Assembly (NCBI GenBank): GCA_002104905.1
Contig: MCFE01000132.1
Location: 1-64,000 of the forward strand
Source: Basidiobolus meristosporus CBS 931.73
Lineage: Eukaryota; Fungi; Basidiobolomycota
Length of the DNA: 64,000 bases
Direction of reading: 5' to 3'
Both the position numbers and the translations under genes were made by a program. Under the pieces are notes generated by a model that saw only the letters and a program-made list of their open reading frames with translations, was not told where the DNA came from and made no database searches. Numbering within the stretch: the first letter of the stretch is position 1; each line of letters starts with the position of its first letter. Below are positions 49,155 through 63,250 of the stretch, one piece after another.

Positions 49155-50209
49155 TGTGGTGGTGTGTAAGTCCACAAGGGAGATATGTCCATTGCTTCTC
49201 AATTGCTTTGTTTGTTGGGTGCTCAAAGGGTATAATAACGTCTGCTAAAGCTTGATAGGAATACCTGGGTTTTTCTCTACTCTAATACAAAGGGGAATAA
49301 AGCCATAAGCTTATCAATTGAAAACTATTGTGCAACAATACCCAACTTAGTTGGTAACATAACAAAAGTATGTGCTGGGCTCAGCATTCTTTCAGATGAC
49401 AATGTACCAAAGCTTCCAAAGTCAAAAAAAACTGTAAACTCCACAAGCAGGGACTTAATAAGCCTACAGCTATGGTAAATAGTTACAAAGCCAGTAAAGC
49501 ATCTTTGCCAGTACAAGAATAATCTTGGGAAAGAATTAAATATCATAAAAGATTTATACTTTGAGTATTCTTACAAGTAATGCCTCTGAGGGCAATTGGC
49601 AGTCAGCACAACTTCCTGGCAGTGTGCTGTGTTCTGGGATTAGAAGTTCAGGTAGCAGCAATTATGCTAAGCAACAAGTCAGCACTTGGATAAAAGTGAT
49701 GATGATTTACTGCTAAGGGAATGCCTCCCTTATATACTTTTCTCATTGGCCAAATGAATACCAATAATGATTTTCCACAAGTCTTGGTAATCTGCAAAAA
49801 TCTTAATGGCATCAAAATAAGCTAATAATGTTCCGAGTAGATGCCAGAAGTTTGCATGAGGCACAGCACAGCCTAATAATCAGGGCTCAGTATTCTGAAA
49901 CATGTGCAGCATAGGGATACCATTTATGACATCAAAATGTAAAAGATGGTGAGATATTCTGATCATAGGTCATGGTTCCAGTCACAGGTACTTGTCCAAT
50001 ATAGGTGCACTTACATCTAGCAAGCTTACCTCTAGTAAGAAATAACTTATGCAATATATAAGCAGGTATTATACTAAGCTGGCTTAGGGGATAGCACGGA
50101 TCCAGTAAGACAAAGGGACAAAACTAAAATAAAGTTAGTACAGAAATAGGGAGGTAGAAAATGTGGAATGGGCACATCTGTCAGTGGGTCTCACTGAAAC
50201 CACACTACA
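49155..50209. repeat. Solo LTR family C, older copy
   Basis: TGTGGTGGTG...CACTACA ends, colinear with the other two copies; TSD not clean. Confidence 0.72.
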
Positions 50210-51198
50210 CTAGAACTATAGATGATCCAGATATACTGCAGAAAAACTTTACCCAAACTTTACCATTTTTGATTAATTTTGCGCAAATAAAAATAAACAG
50301 AAAGCTGAAAAGCCCAGCTATCTAATATTAGGTAGTATAAGAGGACTTAGCTGGTATGTGAAAAACTTTACTTCAATTGATGCATGATACACATTCAGGG
50401 ATATTTTAGAATGAGATTGGAATTCAGATGCAAAGCATTTTGATCTGAAGTATGTAATTAGCATTATAAGCTAATGGTAGTTATTTCAGATAATATTGAA
50501 ACCTCAACAGTTACTGGAAAATACGTTAGTTCAATAGTTGGGATGGTCAATTGCAGAGTTAAGTACAATGGGACAATACATGCCACCACAGCAAGTTCAT
50601 AATTATATGAAGAAATTTTGAGAGTGGGGGTGTTGAAATAAGAAAGAGTCCGCCTAGTTATTGATATATTATGGGCTAGCACTTTGTTAGATGATGTATA
50701 TTGGGCTATTAACTTGGAAACTACAGCGGGAGACCTAGTGTTTCCTCTTCTGGACTGGTGCTTTCAATGGCATTTAGCCTAGGCTTGTTCATTCCTGATC
50801 TGCCTTATTATACTCCTGCTGCAACTACATTTTCTGGTGCTTCCTGCCTACTAAAGCTGGGTTATATGGATCATATATATCCTTCTTGCCTAGGTTTAAC
50901 CTTCTTGTACCAATATCTCTGCTAACATACTCAGATCTTCCCTTTGAATCTTAATAGGCTTGATTTGGTATGGTAGAGTACCACAACCAGATTGATAGCT
51001 TGCCATAGAGGTCTCATCCTAGGCAAGATAGATATGGTTTCATGTAAGCTATTGCAATTGAAACATTCAACCTGTTCTGGCACTTTCCAGATGCATAAAT
51101 CTACCATAATAGCTCTAATATACTCTTCTTGCTTCTGATCAAATATTCCAGCATGAGGCTTGTTTGACAGTGCAAATGGGTAAGTTCATGATCATCTG

Positions 51199-51576
51199 TG
51201 TTATGATCTGCCACTTAAATGTTTAGATAAGATCAGCTTTTGGTCAAATCAGTTGGCTTTAGGTTTAGCCTATCAATTGATCAGTAGTATCTATCAAATC
51301 AGTGGTATTAGTCAGTGGATGAGTCAGCAGAACCTTATCATTATTATAAGATAGGAATAGATATATTAAATGAGACTTGATTGGGTAATAATGATGTATT
51401 TAAAGGAGTCATCAGCCTCAACCTACAATAGGTGATATACTTAGTCAGCAATTGATCAGGCAAAATGTATATAAGGAGCAGATTGAACTCCAACAAAGTT
51501 CAGTTTAAGTTTTAGTCAATACAACACTAGCTAAACTCCCTATTCCTTTACAACTCTTATATCACAACTTATGGCA
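51199..51576 (+). repeat. Solo LTR family D
   Basis: Aligns to 42464-42831; TSD TCTG/TCTG. Confidence 0.82.
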
Positions 51577-53339
51577 TCTGCACCCATTATCACCTTTTGT
51601 TGGCTCTTGGCACAATTCTTCTATCTTTAACTGCAAGCAAGTTGACTTCATTTTTCATTGTAATGCTGTTGCCTCAAACTATGTGGATTCATCTAGACTG
51701 CACTGCTGCATTCCCAAGAAGCACTGCTCCATTGTCCTTGTGTGGCAGGACTACTTGAGCATATCTAATGTGTCAAATAGTCCAAATCTAACTTAGGTAT
51801 CACCTAACTACATTTAGAAACTGACAGCCTATTGGCAGTGGATCTCCTTATTCCACGTCTAATCTTGAAGATGCCAACTGCTATATGTTCCCTATTGATC
51901 TAAGCATGAATCTTGCAGGTAGCATGGCTATAGTTTGTCAGATCCTCTACAGTGTTCAGGGACTTCCTGTTCACAAAACACTAATATTTTCAGATGTTTC
52001 ATTCAAATCTGTCATCCATCTAGATCTGTCATTACTTTTCACAGGCTTGATCAAGTTTGATCAACTGGACTTCCTTAAAGAGCTACTTCTTGCAGAATCC
52101 TGGTAGTAGATGTCAATATTGCAGTGCCACCTGCAGCTGGGTGCAGCAAGTAACTTGATTGGATTGTAATAGCAAAAATACACGTATTATATATCATTCT
52201 GCTCCTTGGAATATGGGCAACCTGATCTATGCTTTGTTAGCATATCCAATTCCATTTGAGACTGGCAGGTGGTTCAAAGGTGCCTGCATACCATCAAATA
52301 TCAGACAACTGCAGACTTATGAGAATTCACAGCAGGAATATGGGTACTTTGTGGACTAAAGGAGTCTAATACAAACCCAGGTTAGGTAGATCTTCAGCAC
52401 AGAACCTTTATGTTTTAATAACAAGGATCCAAGTATTGTTACGTATATCATGTAGTATGCCCCTTATTGATCTGGACTCCCTGCTGGGATTATGCTTTGT
52501 TTCACACTTCATCTGTGTGCACATTTCATAATTTGAGATTAGTCCAGCATAGCCTCCTTACCATATAGCCATTTTCTTCTCTTAGTCTCTTCTTCAAAGG
52601 AACATTGTCCATTAGTACTCAAGAAAAACTTTATGACATTTGTTCACAACATGGCAAGATGTACTTCCTAAAAACTCATAATGTGGCCCCACAAGCAGTG
52701 AATCACTCTGAGTGAATGGCAGAAACAAACACAGCATGCATAATGATGCTAACTTGAATCAACAATGAAGCTGAAAATTTCTCTTAAAAATTTGCAAAGT
52801 TCTTCTCCACAACAGGTAAGCTGTTCTCATACTATTTTCCACATACTCTGTAGCAAATTAGAGTAGCCAAATGTGCAAACAGTACAAAAGTAGAAATGGG
52901 AAGATGTATGCTACATCATGAAGGGATGGAATTTAAGCTTTAGGCTAGGTCTGTTGCTAGTGAAGTGTACACTTAGAGTTGATCACTAACAGCAGTACTG
53001 TGTACTATAATACCCTTAGAGGTAGATACAGGCAAAATACCAGACCTATAGCCACTAAGATTTTTGGCTATGATAAGTCCTAATACATCCCTGACAAAAA
53101 TGCACAAATGCACAAATGCACAGCCAAGCACTGGAGAAGGGATCTTTCCAATATATAGTTAAGAAACACAATGGTATAGAGTGCATTATGGCAATACATG
53201 CCGCTAATCAAGTGGATCTTAGACATGAAGAAAATTCAGATCAGAAAGCTAATGATGTCATTGGTAGGCAATCTGATAACTCATTTACCATTGAATAATG
53301 AGGTGCATACAGTATACAACCAGATATAGATGAAAATAC

Positions 53340-54800
53340 TTCCTGTAGCAGATCAGAGCAGATTATCCCAGTTAGGCAATGTACTATGATAAGAAATGCC
53401 CTTGGTGCTAGAACATCGGAACTGGCAGGTTTTCTAAGGGAGAGAAAGCCAATGGAGTGTGAATTGGTCTAGAAGCTGAAGATAACTCCAAATGGCAAGG
53501 TTGATAAGTACAATGTACAATTGGTGGCTAAGGGCAGTTCACAGCACCAGACACTACACTTCAGGAAGCATTTGTTCCATTAGTCAAGTTTAACTCTGTT
53601 AGTGCAGTTTCAGCCCTGGCAGCTATGGAGGATTTAGATGTAAAGAAAATGAACAACAGCTATGATATGCTGCTTAAATACTTAGGTTAGATCTGCTTTG
53701 AGTCAAACCAACTGGCTATGCATAGCCTACCAGTATGTCAGTGTTGTATCAAGTCAGTAATATTAGTATGCAGAAAAATTAGAGGATGTTTTTCACACAG
53801 AAATTAATACATCTAATAGGATCTATTAGGTGAAGATGAATCAATCCAATAAGTCAACATCTTAAACCTACAATAGCAAATACAATTAGTCAGCCCTTGA
53901 TCCAGTGAAATGTATATAATGAGCTTATCAAACCCTAACTAAAATTAGTTCACATTTGTCCATACAATACTAGCTAAACTTTCTATAGCACTACAGCACT
54001 TATATTGTGACCTACAAGATGTCACAAGAGCCTTCCCAAATGGGGCACTTCAAGGAATTATACATGTAGAGCAACCAGAAAGTTCAGCTGATACAAAAGG
54101 TCCTAATAAGGTGAGTTCAAACCAAAAGCTGTAATTCTTGCTTAAGCAGGTACCCTTAGCTGGGATTACTGGGATCGATGCACTTCTATAGGAGACTGGG
54201 TTGATTTGTAGCACTGCAGGTCACTGTATATATGTGAATTGGCATAATAAGAGAGAATATATGCTGATTCTTGGAGTAAAAAACATAACATTAGTTATTG
54301 GTGATCAGGAGACACTGTAACAGAAAAAATTAGATTTCTTTAGCAAGTGTAAGTTGAAGGGCTTGGCAGATAGGGCAACTCTCTGGGGGCTATGGTAATA
54401 TTTAGCAAATCTGAGCAAAAGAATGTGAGATATCAATCAAAGTGCATCAAGGAGATCCTATAGCACCTCAAATAATAAGTTGCCATCCAGCATCAACATT
54501 CACAAGCATAACAAAAATGAGGTAAAGTTTAGTCAGTGTTGGCTCAAAATTGTTCCAATTTGCACCTGAATTCTGCTTATCCATCATATGTTGGTAGTGT
54601 GAAGTACTTACTAGTATCTACAAGCTTGTATATTGCACTAACAGTAGGAACAAACAGTCAATTAGTACAAAAATATGGTTCTGATCATATTGCAGCTTAT
54701 TAGAAGAGTTGTAGATGATGAAATATTGAACTAATTGGTATTGTTTGGCAGCCAAAAGTCTACTTAGATACTCTGTGCTACTCTGTGTCCCTTGTGGGAC
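53340..54800 (+). mobile_element. Heavily decayed copia RT relic interrupted by an LTR-D-like remnant (about 53660-54020)
   Basis: Residual translation ..QLVAKG..AFVPLVKFNSV.., similar to the RVT_2 segment [18 protein letters not shown]. Confidence 0.5.
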
Positions 54801-57286
54801 TAATTTACAGTCATAACTTTGCCTCTTTTTGCTGCTCTGTGAGCCTATGATTATTTCCCTTTAAAGCAAAAAATTACCACCGTTATCACACAATATATAC
54901 TTACCCTGAAACTGCAGCTGAATACTCCTGAATGTTGAGCAACTCTCCTTACTTGGTGCTACAGTTGTAATACCTCTACAAGGGTATAAATACAGAGCTT
55001 CCTTATGAATCAATAATAGTTCAACAATTTCATTGTTGCTTGTTAAGTTCCCTATATCCAAAACATGGCTGAAATTAAAGCAGATTATGAGCCCCAAGTG
55101 CCCCAATCTATTCCAGAGAAGACCTCCACTGGAAATAAGAATAATACAATCATCTTTCCTGTAAAGGAGAAGCTCAATGGGAAGAACTACAGACTTTGAA
55201 GAATCACAATGCAGATCCACCTTGGGTAAAGTATGCTTTGAGATGTAATAATTGGAGGGGAAGTTAAGCATAAAGGTATAGCAGAAGAAATAGAAAAGTT
55301 TCAATTGAGGGAGAGAAAAGCCTGGTATGCCATATGGAGCAATGTGCAAGATTCCTTCATTGGACAGATTCATGCTTTTAATACTGCCAAAGCAGTATGT
55401 GAGTCCTGGGATAGCATCCTTAGAGCAAAGTTGGTATCAAGCAAACTCTATTAAGAAAGGAAGTTATTTAGCATAAGGAGGGAGCCAGAGGATGACATGC
55501 TGCAACCCATTTCCTGAATGGGGACACCTAGAGCAGAGCTTTACTAGATTAATGCTGGTGTAGATGATGCAGAAAAGCTAATCTTTCTGCTTTGCAGCCA
55601 ACCAGATCAGTATGAGCCATTCATACTTTCTTTTGAAATCAGAGAAGATAGTACTACCTTAGACTATGGCAAAGAAAGACTTCTTCATGATGAACTGACA
55701 CATAATGACCAAGCAGAGAGAACTTAAAACAATTTTTATTTAGCTCCAAAAAGTACACAAAACACAAGCAAAGGCAACAGGACTAAAGTAAACTGGTTGC
55801 TGTAACTACTACAATGGTCAGGTTGTTGGGCAAGAGAATCTAAGAAGAAACAAGCAGACAAACAGCAGAAAGTAGAGCAGGAAAAACATATAACTACAGA
55901 AGAACAGTTATTTGTAACTGTAAAAGAGAGTGCAAGTAACTGTAGAAATGAATGGTATATTAGCTCTGGAACACAGCAGCATATTGGTGGTCCACAGGAG
56001 TGGCTCAGCAAGCTGAATACTATTGCAGTAAAAAAAATTTATCTTGTAGACACTCTACATTGAGAGCTACCACCAGTGTATCTATACAGCTAAATATGAT
56101 TGATATCTCAGGAGCAACAACAGCAAAACTAACAAATGTACACTTTGTGCCTGAAATAGCTTCAAACCTACTCTCAATAAGTAAAACAATTACTCAGAGC
56201 CTGATGTTTCTCTTTACCAGGTAGAGCTGCTCAATATTGAGTAAGCATGAACAAAAATTAACTTTGGCAATCAGAAATTACTATATATACAAGTCATAAT
56301 ATAAGGGCATTGTACATGAGTATGTCAACATTGCTAAAACTTCTGAAACTAAGTAGGAGATGTGGTATAAGAGGCTAGGCATATTGAGAAGCAGTGAATG
56401 AGCCAATTAGTGAAAAATCAACTTGTTTGGGTCTTAAGTTGTGCATTTTCAATCTAATAAAGTGGCTGTAAGGAGTGTTCATATGGCAAACAAGCTGGGC
56501 CACATTTCAGGTGCTCATAAGGGATATATACAGCTTAAATACTGGCCATCATAGATGCAGCTATATGTGGACCTGTGAGAACACTCTCTTTTGAAGCCAA
56601 AAGATATCTTATTTTGATAACATATGTGTACTTTCTGAAGACAAAGGAAGAGGCTTTAAAGACACTCAAGCACTTAAAGAACATGGCAGAAACATATAAT
56701 GGGTTCAAATTGCATGCACTTCAAAGTGACAATGGAGGAATATACTATTCTAAGCAGCTTGCAACAAACTGCTTAAATACAGGTGTACTTCAGTTGACTA
56801 ATGTCCTGCTTACTACACAGCAAAATGAAGTAGTAGACCATGCAAATAGGACAATAGTAGAGATAGGATGATGTATGCTGCATGGCAAGGGATTGGTCCA
56901 TAGGTTTTGGGCTTAATCTGTTGCTTCTGCAGTATTCATCAAGCAGAGATGCCCAATAGCAGCACTGTGTGCTACTACACTCTTGGAAGCTTATACTGGC
57001 AGAAAACAAGGCCATCAGAAATGTTATTAGTGATGCTTTCTACCACATCTTGGAAAAAATACGCTCCAAGTTGAAATCACAAAGTGCAAGAGGGACCTTC
57101 CTTGGCTGATATTAGGTACCAAAGGGTACAGTGTCTATGTTGGCAAGACTCAGAAGCAGATTAAGCGCAGGGATACTGCATTTAAGAAGAATTATAATCA
57201 GAAAGTTACTAAGATTGTTGGACAGCTGCCAGATTATGCAAATACTTCTAATGAAGAAAATACAAGCCTAACATAGCCAAATACAG

Positions 57287-60200
57287 TGTTACAAGCTTTG
57301 GTATAAAAGTTGTAGAGGAAAACAGAGTTTAGCTAGTGTTGTATTCACTGATAATTGGACTGATTTTTATTGAGGTTGCAGCAGCTTCTCATATACATTG
57401 TGCCAGATCAATTGCTAACTAATTGTATTTCCTTATGTAGGTTGTGACTGATGACTCATTTGATAGCATTATCATCACCCAATAAGATCCTACTTAACAT
57501 ATTGATTTCTGTCTGATAAGGATCTGCTGATTCATTTGCTGACTGATGCTACCAATTTGATATATAACACTGATATACTGATAGGCTAAACATATAGCAA
57601 TTGATTTGATTAAAAACTGCTCTAACTTAAACATTCAAGTGGTACATCATAGTGTTCTCCCCTACCAAAGTTGGTGGGTTCTCCTGAATCTCTTTTCTTG
57701 TGATACAAATATTTTGATGCTTCAGTTTTGTTGGCAAGTCTGGCAAGCTTGAGTTGGTCTCTATGAACTAAATATTCCCAGATATTCCCTTGCTTGTCCA
57801 CTAGTTGGTTAGTAGCAAATGAACATTCTCTGATGATCCTAAAAGGTCCTGTCCATTGTGGCTCAAACTTCTTCCAAGTGCAGTTTCTCAGCAATACAAG
57901 GTTCCCAACTGTGAATGATTCTGGTGATATAGTCTGATCAAATCTCTGCTTTATCTTTTCAGCACTTTGAGATAGTTTGGCCTGTGCCTATTGACCTCTT
58001 TGTTCCAGCTGCTGGTGTCCACTAGGCCAAGTGAGTGCATCTTCTAAGGCATATGTAAGCTTTGTTGGTGTGAGATCTCCTGGAATCCTTGGTTCACATC
58101 AATACACTAAGAAAAATGGCAATTGTTGAGTGGTGTTGTGTACTCTAACTCTGCATGCAAAGAGTGCTTGGTCTGTATGCTCTTCCCATCTACTGACAGC
58201 CCTATATGCATACTTGGTCAGCATTTTTCCACATAATCCATTAAACTGCTATAATTGGCTGCTTGAATGTTTAAGTTAGATCAGTTTTTAGTCAAATCAA
58301 TTAGTTATATGTTTAGGTTATCAGTGTATCAGTATTATCTATCAAATCAGTAGCATTAGTCAGCAAATGAATCAGCAGATCCTTGTCAGACAGAAATAGA
58401 TATATTTGGTAGGATCTTGTTGGGTGATGATGACAAAATCAAAGGATTCATCAGCCTCAGCCTACATTAGGAAACACAATTAGTCAGCAATTGATCTGAC
58501 AAAATGTATATAAGGAGCTGCTGGAATCTCAATAAAGATCAGTTCAAGTTTTAGTGAATACAATACTAGCTAAACTCCCTATTCCTCTACAACTCTTACA
58601 CCAAGACTTCCAACACAGGTAGTAGCAACAACCAGAAACATCCCTCCTGAAGAAAGAAGAAGCCTCCCTCAAGATGGCCAAAAATCAAGAATGGAAGAAT
58701 ACCTAGGATTGATGAGCTCTTCAACCAACTCAATGGGCCACTATTTTCATCAAGATTGACCTCATGTCAGGATACAACCAGATTAGGGTGAAGCCAGAAG
58801 ACATCCCATACCCAGGTGTAAATTCTCAAGGAACATGTTGAATATCTGGGATACATAGTGACTAGTATGGGAGTGACCTTAGACCCTAAGAAGGTTGAAG
58901 TTATCAAGAATCTGAAGCAGCCCCATAGCATATCAGAGCTCAGATCATTCCTTGGAATGGCTTCCTATTATTGGAGATTTGTCAAGTCCTTTGCAAGTAT
59001 TGCAGCCACTTTAACTGATATCCTCAAGAAAGACAATACCTACAAGTGGGACATAACTTGTGAGACTGCCTTCCAGATGCTCAAGAATGAACTTGCTAAG
59101 CAACCAAACTGAAGAATACCTGACTTCAGAAAAGAGTTTACTCTGTGCACAGATGCTTCAGATTGTGCAATCAGTGGAGTGTTGAGCCAAGAATATGAGG
59201 GAAAGGACTACCCTGTTGCCTTTGAATCCAAGAAACTCAACTCAGCAGAACAAAACTATGCAGTGCATGAGAAGGAAATGCTTACTGTAATACACTGTTT
59301 GAAGACATGGAGATGCTATATTGAAGGAGTCAAATGCACTGTAGATACTGATCATGCCTCCCTCAAGTATATATTTACTCAGAAGGTACTCTCTAGAAGA
59401 ATGATAAGATGGAGTGAATACATTCAGCAATTTGACTTCAAGATTGTCTACTGCCCTATAAAAACAACACGGTTGCTGATGCCATATCAAGATTAGAACA
59501 AGTTGCACAACTCAACTTGGTGCATTAATTGGATTGGCCTAGCCTATTACCAAAGTACTTGGGGGACCAAGCCATTCCTAATGAGGTGAATGAAGATATC
59601 AAGAAGATAATCCAGAATGAAGCCAGCAAATTTGTAGTACAGGATGAAACACTCTACTGAATTGTTGATGGAAGCCCTATTGCCTATTGCCCTTATGTTT
59701 CTCACCTGGATTCAATACATAAGCTACACAATGAATATGGACATCTTGGAATTGAAGGAACCTATAGCCTTGTGGAAGCCAGACCGTGGTGGTTCAGAAT
59801 AAAACATGAGATTGAGAAGCTAGTGAAAACATGCCCAAATTGCCAAATCCACAAAGGCCAACCACACAGAATTGCTGAACTCTTTCCCTTGGAGCCTGTA
59901 AGACCATTTGAAAGATGGGGAATTGACTTTATTGGAAGACTGCCAACTACCATAAAGTGCAACTGCTGGACCCTAGTAGCAATTGACTATGCCACTAAAT
60001 GGCCAGTGGCTAAAGCTGTACCTACAGCCAGTGAACAAGAAGTTGCAAATTTCATTGGCCATGATATCCTTATAAAGTTTGAATGCCCTGTAGAGATTCT
60101 ATCTGACAGAGGTGCAAACTTTATGGCAAAGAGATTGGAAGCTTACCTGGAAATGCAGCAGATCAAACACTTGAAAACCTTGGCATATCACCCCAGAACC

Positions 60201-63200
60201 AATGGAGTCACTGAGTGGTTTAATGGATTATTTGGAAAATGCTGACCAATTATGCAAATGGAGTTTACAGTAGACGGGATGAGTATATAGACCAAGCACT
60301 CTTTGTGTGCACAGTCAGAGTACACAACACCACCCAGCAATCACCATTTTACTCACTGTATGGATGTGAACCAAGAATTCCAGGAGATCTCACATAACCA
60401 AACATTACAGACCCCTTAGAAGATGAACTCAGTCAACCAAGTAGACACCAGCAACTGGAACCAAGACATCAAGAGCCACAGACCAAAGTATCTCAAAGAT
60501 GAAGCAGAGATTTGGTAAGACTATGCCATGGGAAGCATTGCCAGTTGGGAACTTTTATTGCTAAGAAATAACACTTGGAAGAAGTTTGAGCCACAATGGA
60601 CAGGACTATTCAAGATCATGAGGGAATGTCTATTTGCAACTTACCAACTAGTGGACAAACAAGGCAATATCTGGGAAGACTTAGTGCATAGGGACAGACT
60701 CAAGCTTGCAAGACTTGGTAATTATACTGAACTATCAAGATATTGGTATCACAAGAATAGAGATTCAGGAGAACACTCTCAACTTTAGCAGGGGAGAATG
60801 TTATGATCTGCTGCTTGAATATTTTAGTTAGATCAGTTTTTAGTCAAATCAATTAGTTATATGTTTAGATTATCAGTATATCAGTATTATCTATCAAGTC
60901 AGTAGCATTAGTCAGCAATTGAATCAGCAGATCCTTATCAGACAGAAATAGATATATTAGGTAGGATATTATTGGGTGATGATGATGCAATCAATGGCAT
61001 CATCAGCCACAGCCTATGTTAGGAAGTACAATTAGTCAGGAATTGATCTGGCAAAATGTATATAAGGAGCTACTGAAATCTCAAAGATCAGTTCAAGTTT
61101 AAGTGAATTCAATACTAGCTAAACTCCCTATTCCTCTACAAATCTTACAACAAGACTTGTAACAAAACAACTTAGTGACTCCATTAGTTCTAGGGTGATA
61201 TGCCAAGGTTTTCAAGCATTTGATCTGCTGCATTCTCAGGTAAGGTTCCAATGTCTTTGCCATAAAATTTGATCCTCTATTGGATAAAATCTCTACCGGC
61301 CATTTGGGGTACTGGGGTAGAGGAATCCTCCTTTAATACTATCATGGACCGTTTGGGGTACTGGGGTAGAGGAATCCTCCTCTAATACTATCATGAGGAA
61401 CATCTGGGTGCCTTTTCTTAGTGCTCTACAGAACTGTGTCTTGCTAAGCTCACTTGTCTCACACATACTGGAATTGACCAAGTTGAAATCTAGCCTGGCA
61501 GGTATTAGCTCATAGGTCTTGGAGTCCTTTTGGGTCTGAGTAGCATGGCTTCTCCAGTTGATTGATGGATTACAACAAAATAGCCAGGTTTTTCCAAGTA
61601 CAAGGTCAAACTTGCAGTTCCCAAATATATAAGCCTGTTGGGCTTCTTCATATTCATTGATCTTCATTCTTACTGGCTGGGTAATACGGCTGATTATGTG
61701 CAAGTTCCCATCAGCTGTGGAGACTGAAGTTGATTTGGCAGGTTCCAAGTTGATTCCAGCTTTCAAGGCAAATTGTTCTGACATGTATTCATGTTATGCT
61801 CCAGAGTCAATCATGATTTTGGCAGGTACTCCATTGATTACTCCATTTAAGTACAATAACTTCCCTGAGTTTGAGGTCATTTGGGACAAGTACTCTTCTG
61901 TCATATGGAAGGTGAGTTCCAAGTCTTCTTCAAGCTTATCTTCCACATTACTGTGTTCATGGGACTCAATATGGTTGAATGTTCTTGTTGGCTGGTGTCC
62001 ATTTTTTCTCTGAGGGCAGTACTTTGCAATATGTCCTTGCTGGTGGCAATTAAAGCAAAGTCCTTTCTTCTTATATTTTTCTGAGGTAGGATTCTTCTGC
62101 ATAGCATCTATTTCCATTGGCACTGCTTCTGATTGTCTTTGTTCATAGTGATTGTAGCCTTTGTGATTAGTCACTGTAGGCTTCCCAACTCCAAACATAG
62201 CTGAGTCATAGTCAATGGCAATCTTTGTGGCTTCTTCCATAGTCTGAGGTCTTTGATAATTCACTTTCTTGCAAGTTATTTCTTTCAACCCATCAATAAA
62301 GTATTCAACTTGATCCAGGGGGTCCATTCTTTCAATTTGTCCAAGTAGACATCTGTACTCATAGATGTATTCTTGTACCATTACTTTCTGTCTGAGTGTC
62401 TTTAACTTCCTTCTTAGTAGTGTCTGCTGGTGTGGAGGCTCAAAAGCATCCTGAATTTCCAACACAAACTCATCCCATGTAGAGTTTGTAGAGCATCCCA
62501 TGATAGTGGCTGACCTTATCTTGTTGTGTTACCACTGTAAAGCTGCATCTGCCAGGTAAGAAGCTGCATAATGCAATTTGCTTTCTGGAGCAATTCCTTT
62601 AGCCTTCAAAGCTTCTTCAATCTGAAAGAGCCAAGTGTCAGGTTTTCATTGACTCTGCCATGGTACCAGTTGACCTTCACACTAAAGTTGCTCTTGATAG
62701 GGCTTTGCTGGCTCTGAGCCATAGTAGTCATTCCTTGTTGCTGTTGGCTGAGGATCTGGAGTAACTGTTGCTGTTGGGCCAGAATTTGCTGCATAGCATT
62801 CTTCCATTCTTGATTGTCCTATATCTTGAGGGTGGTTTCTTCTTTCTTCAGGAAGGAGGTTTCTGGTTATTGCTACTACCAATGTCACAAGTCTTGGTAT
62901 AATAGTTGTAAAGGAATAGGGAGTTTAGCTAGTATTGTATTCACTATAACTTGAACTGATTTTTATTGATGTTCCAGCAGCTCCTTATATACATTTTGCC
63001 AGATCAAATTCTGACTAATTGTACTTCCTAATGTAGGTTGTGGCTGATGACTCATTTGATTGCATCATCATCACCCAATAAGATCCTACTAGATATATCT
63101 ATTTCTGTCTGATAAGAATCTGCCGAGTCAATTGCTGACTAATGCTACTGATTTCACAGATAATACTGATATACTGCTAACCTAAACTTAAACTAATTGA

Positions 63201-63250
63201 TTTGACTAAAAACTGATCTAACTTAAATATTCAAGCAGCAGATCATAACA
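57287..63250 (-). mobile_element. Ty3/gypsy element family D, internally deleted (gag and PR kept, RT/RH lost, INT 3' half kept)
   Basis: LTRs 62883-63250 and 57287-57654, PBS TGGTAGTAGC, PPT GGTAGGGGAGAA. Gag with CFNCHQQGHIAKYC, protease IMIDSGA, integrase AYHPRTNG. Flanks ACAG/GTAG. Confidence 0.88.
58247..61164 (+). mobile_element. Ty3/gypsy element family D, internally deleted (gag/PR and part of RT lost), nested in the minus-strand D copy
   Basis: LTRs 58247-58615 and 60799-61164, TSD AAAC/AAAC. RT remnants (RIDELFNQL, ELRSFLGM), RNase H (TDASD, EQNYAVHEKE), integrase (HLG..CPNC, WGIDFIG, SDRGANF, HPRTNG), PPT GCAGGGGAGAA. RT-RH-INT order. Confidence 0.92.

Noticed and set aside
49150-50214. 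TAGAA/TAGAA flanks suggesting GTGT...ACAC termini with a 5-bp TSD for family C
   Set aside because: The other two copies show TG...CA ends with exact 4-bp TSDs; this copy is older and the match is probably chance.
50690-52500. Possible gypsy gag relics on the minus strand
   Set aside because: Too decayed to assign a domain by eye.
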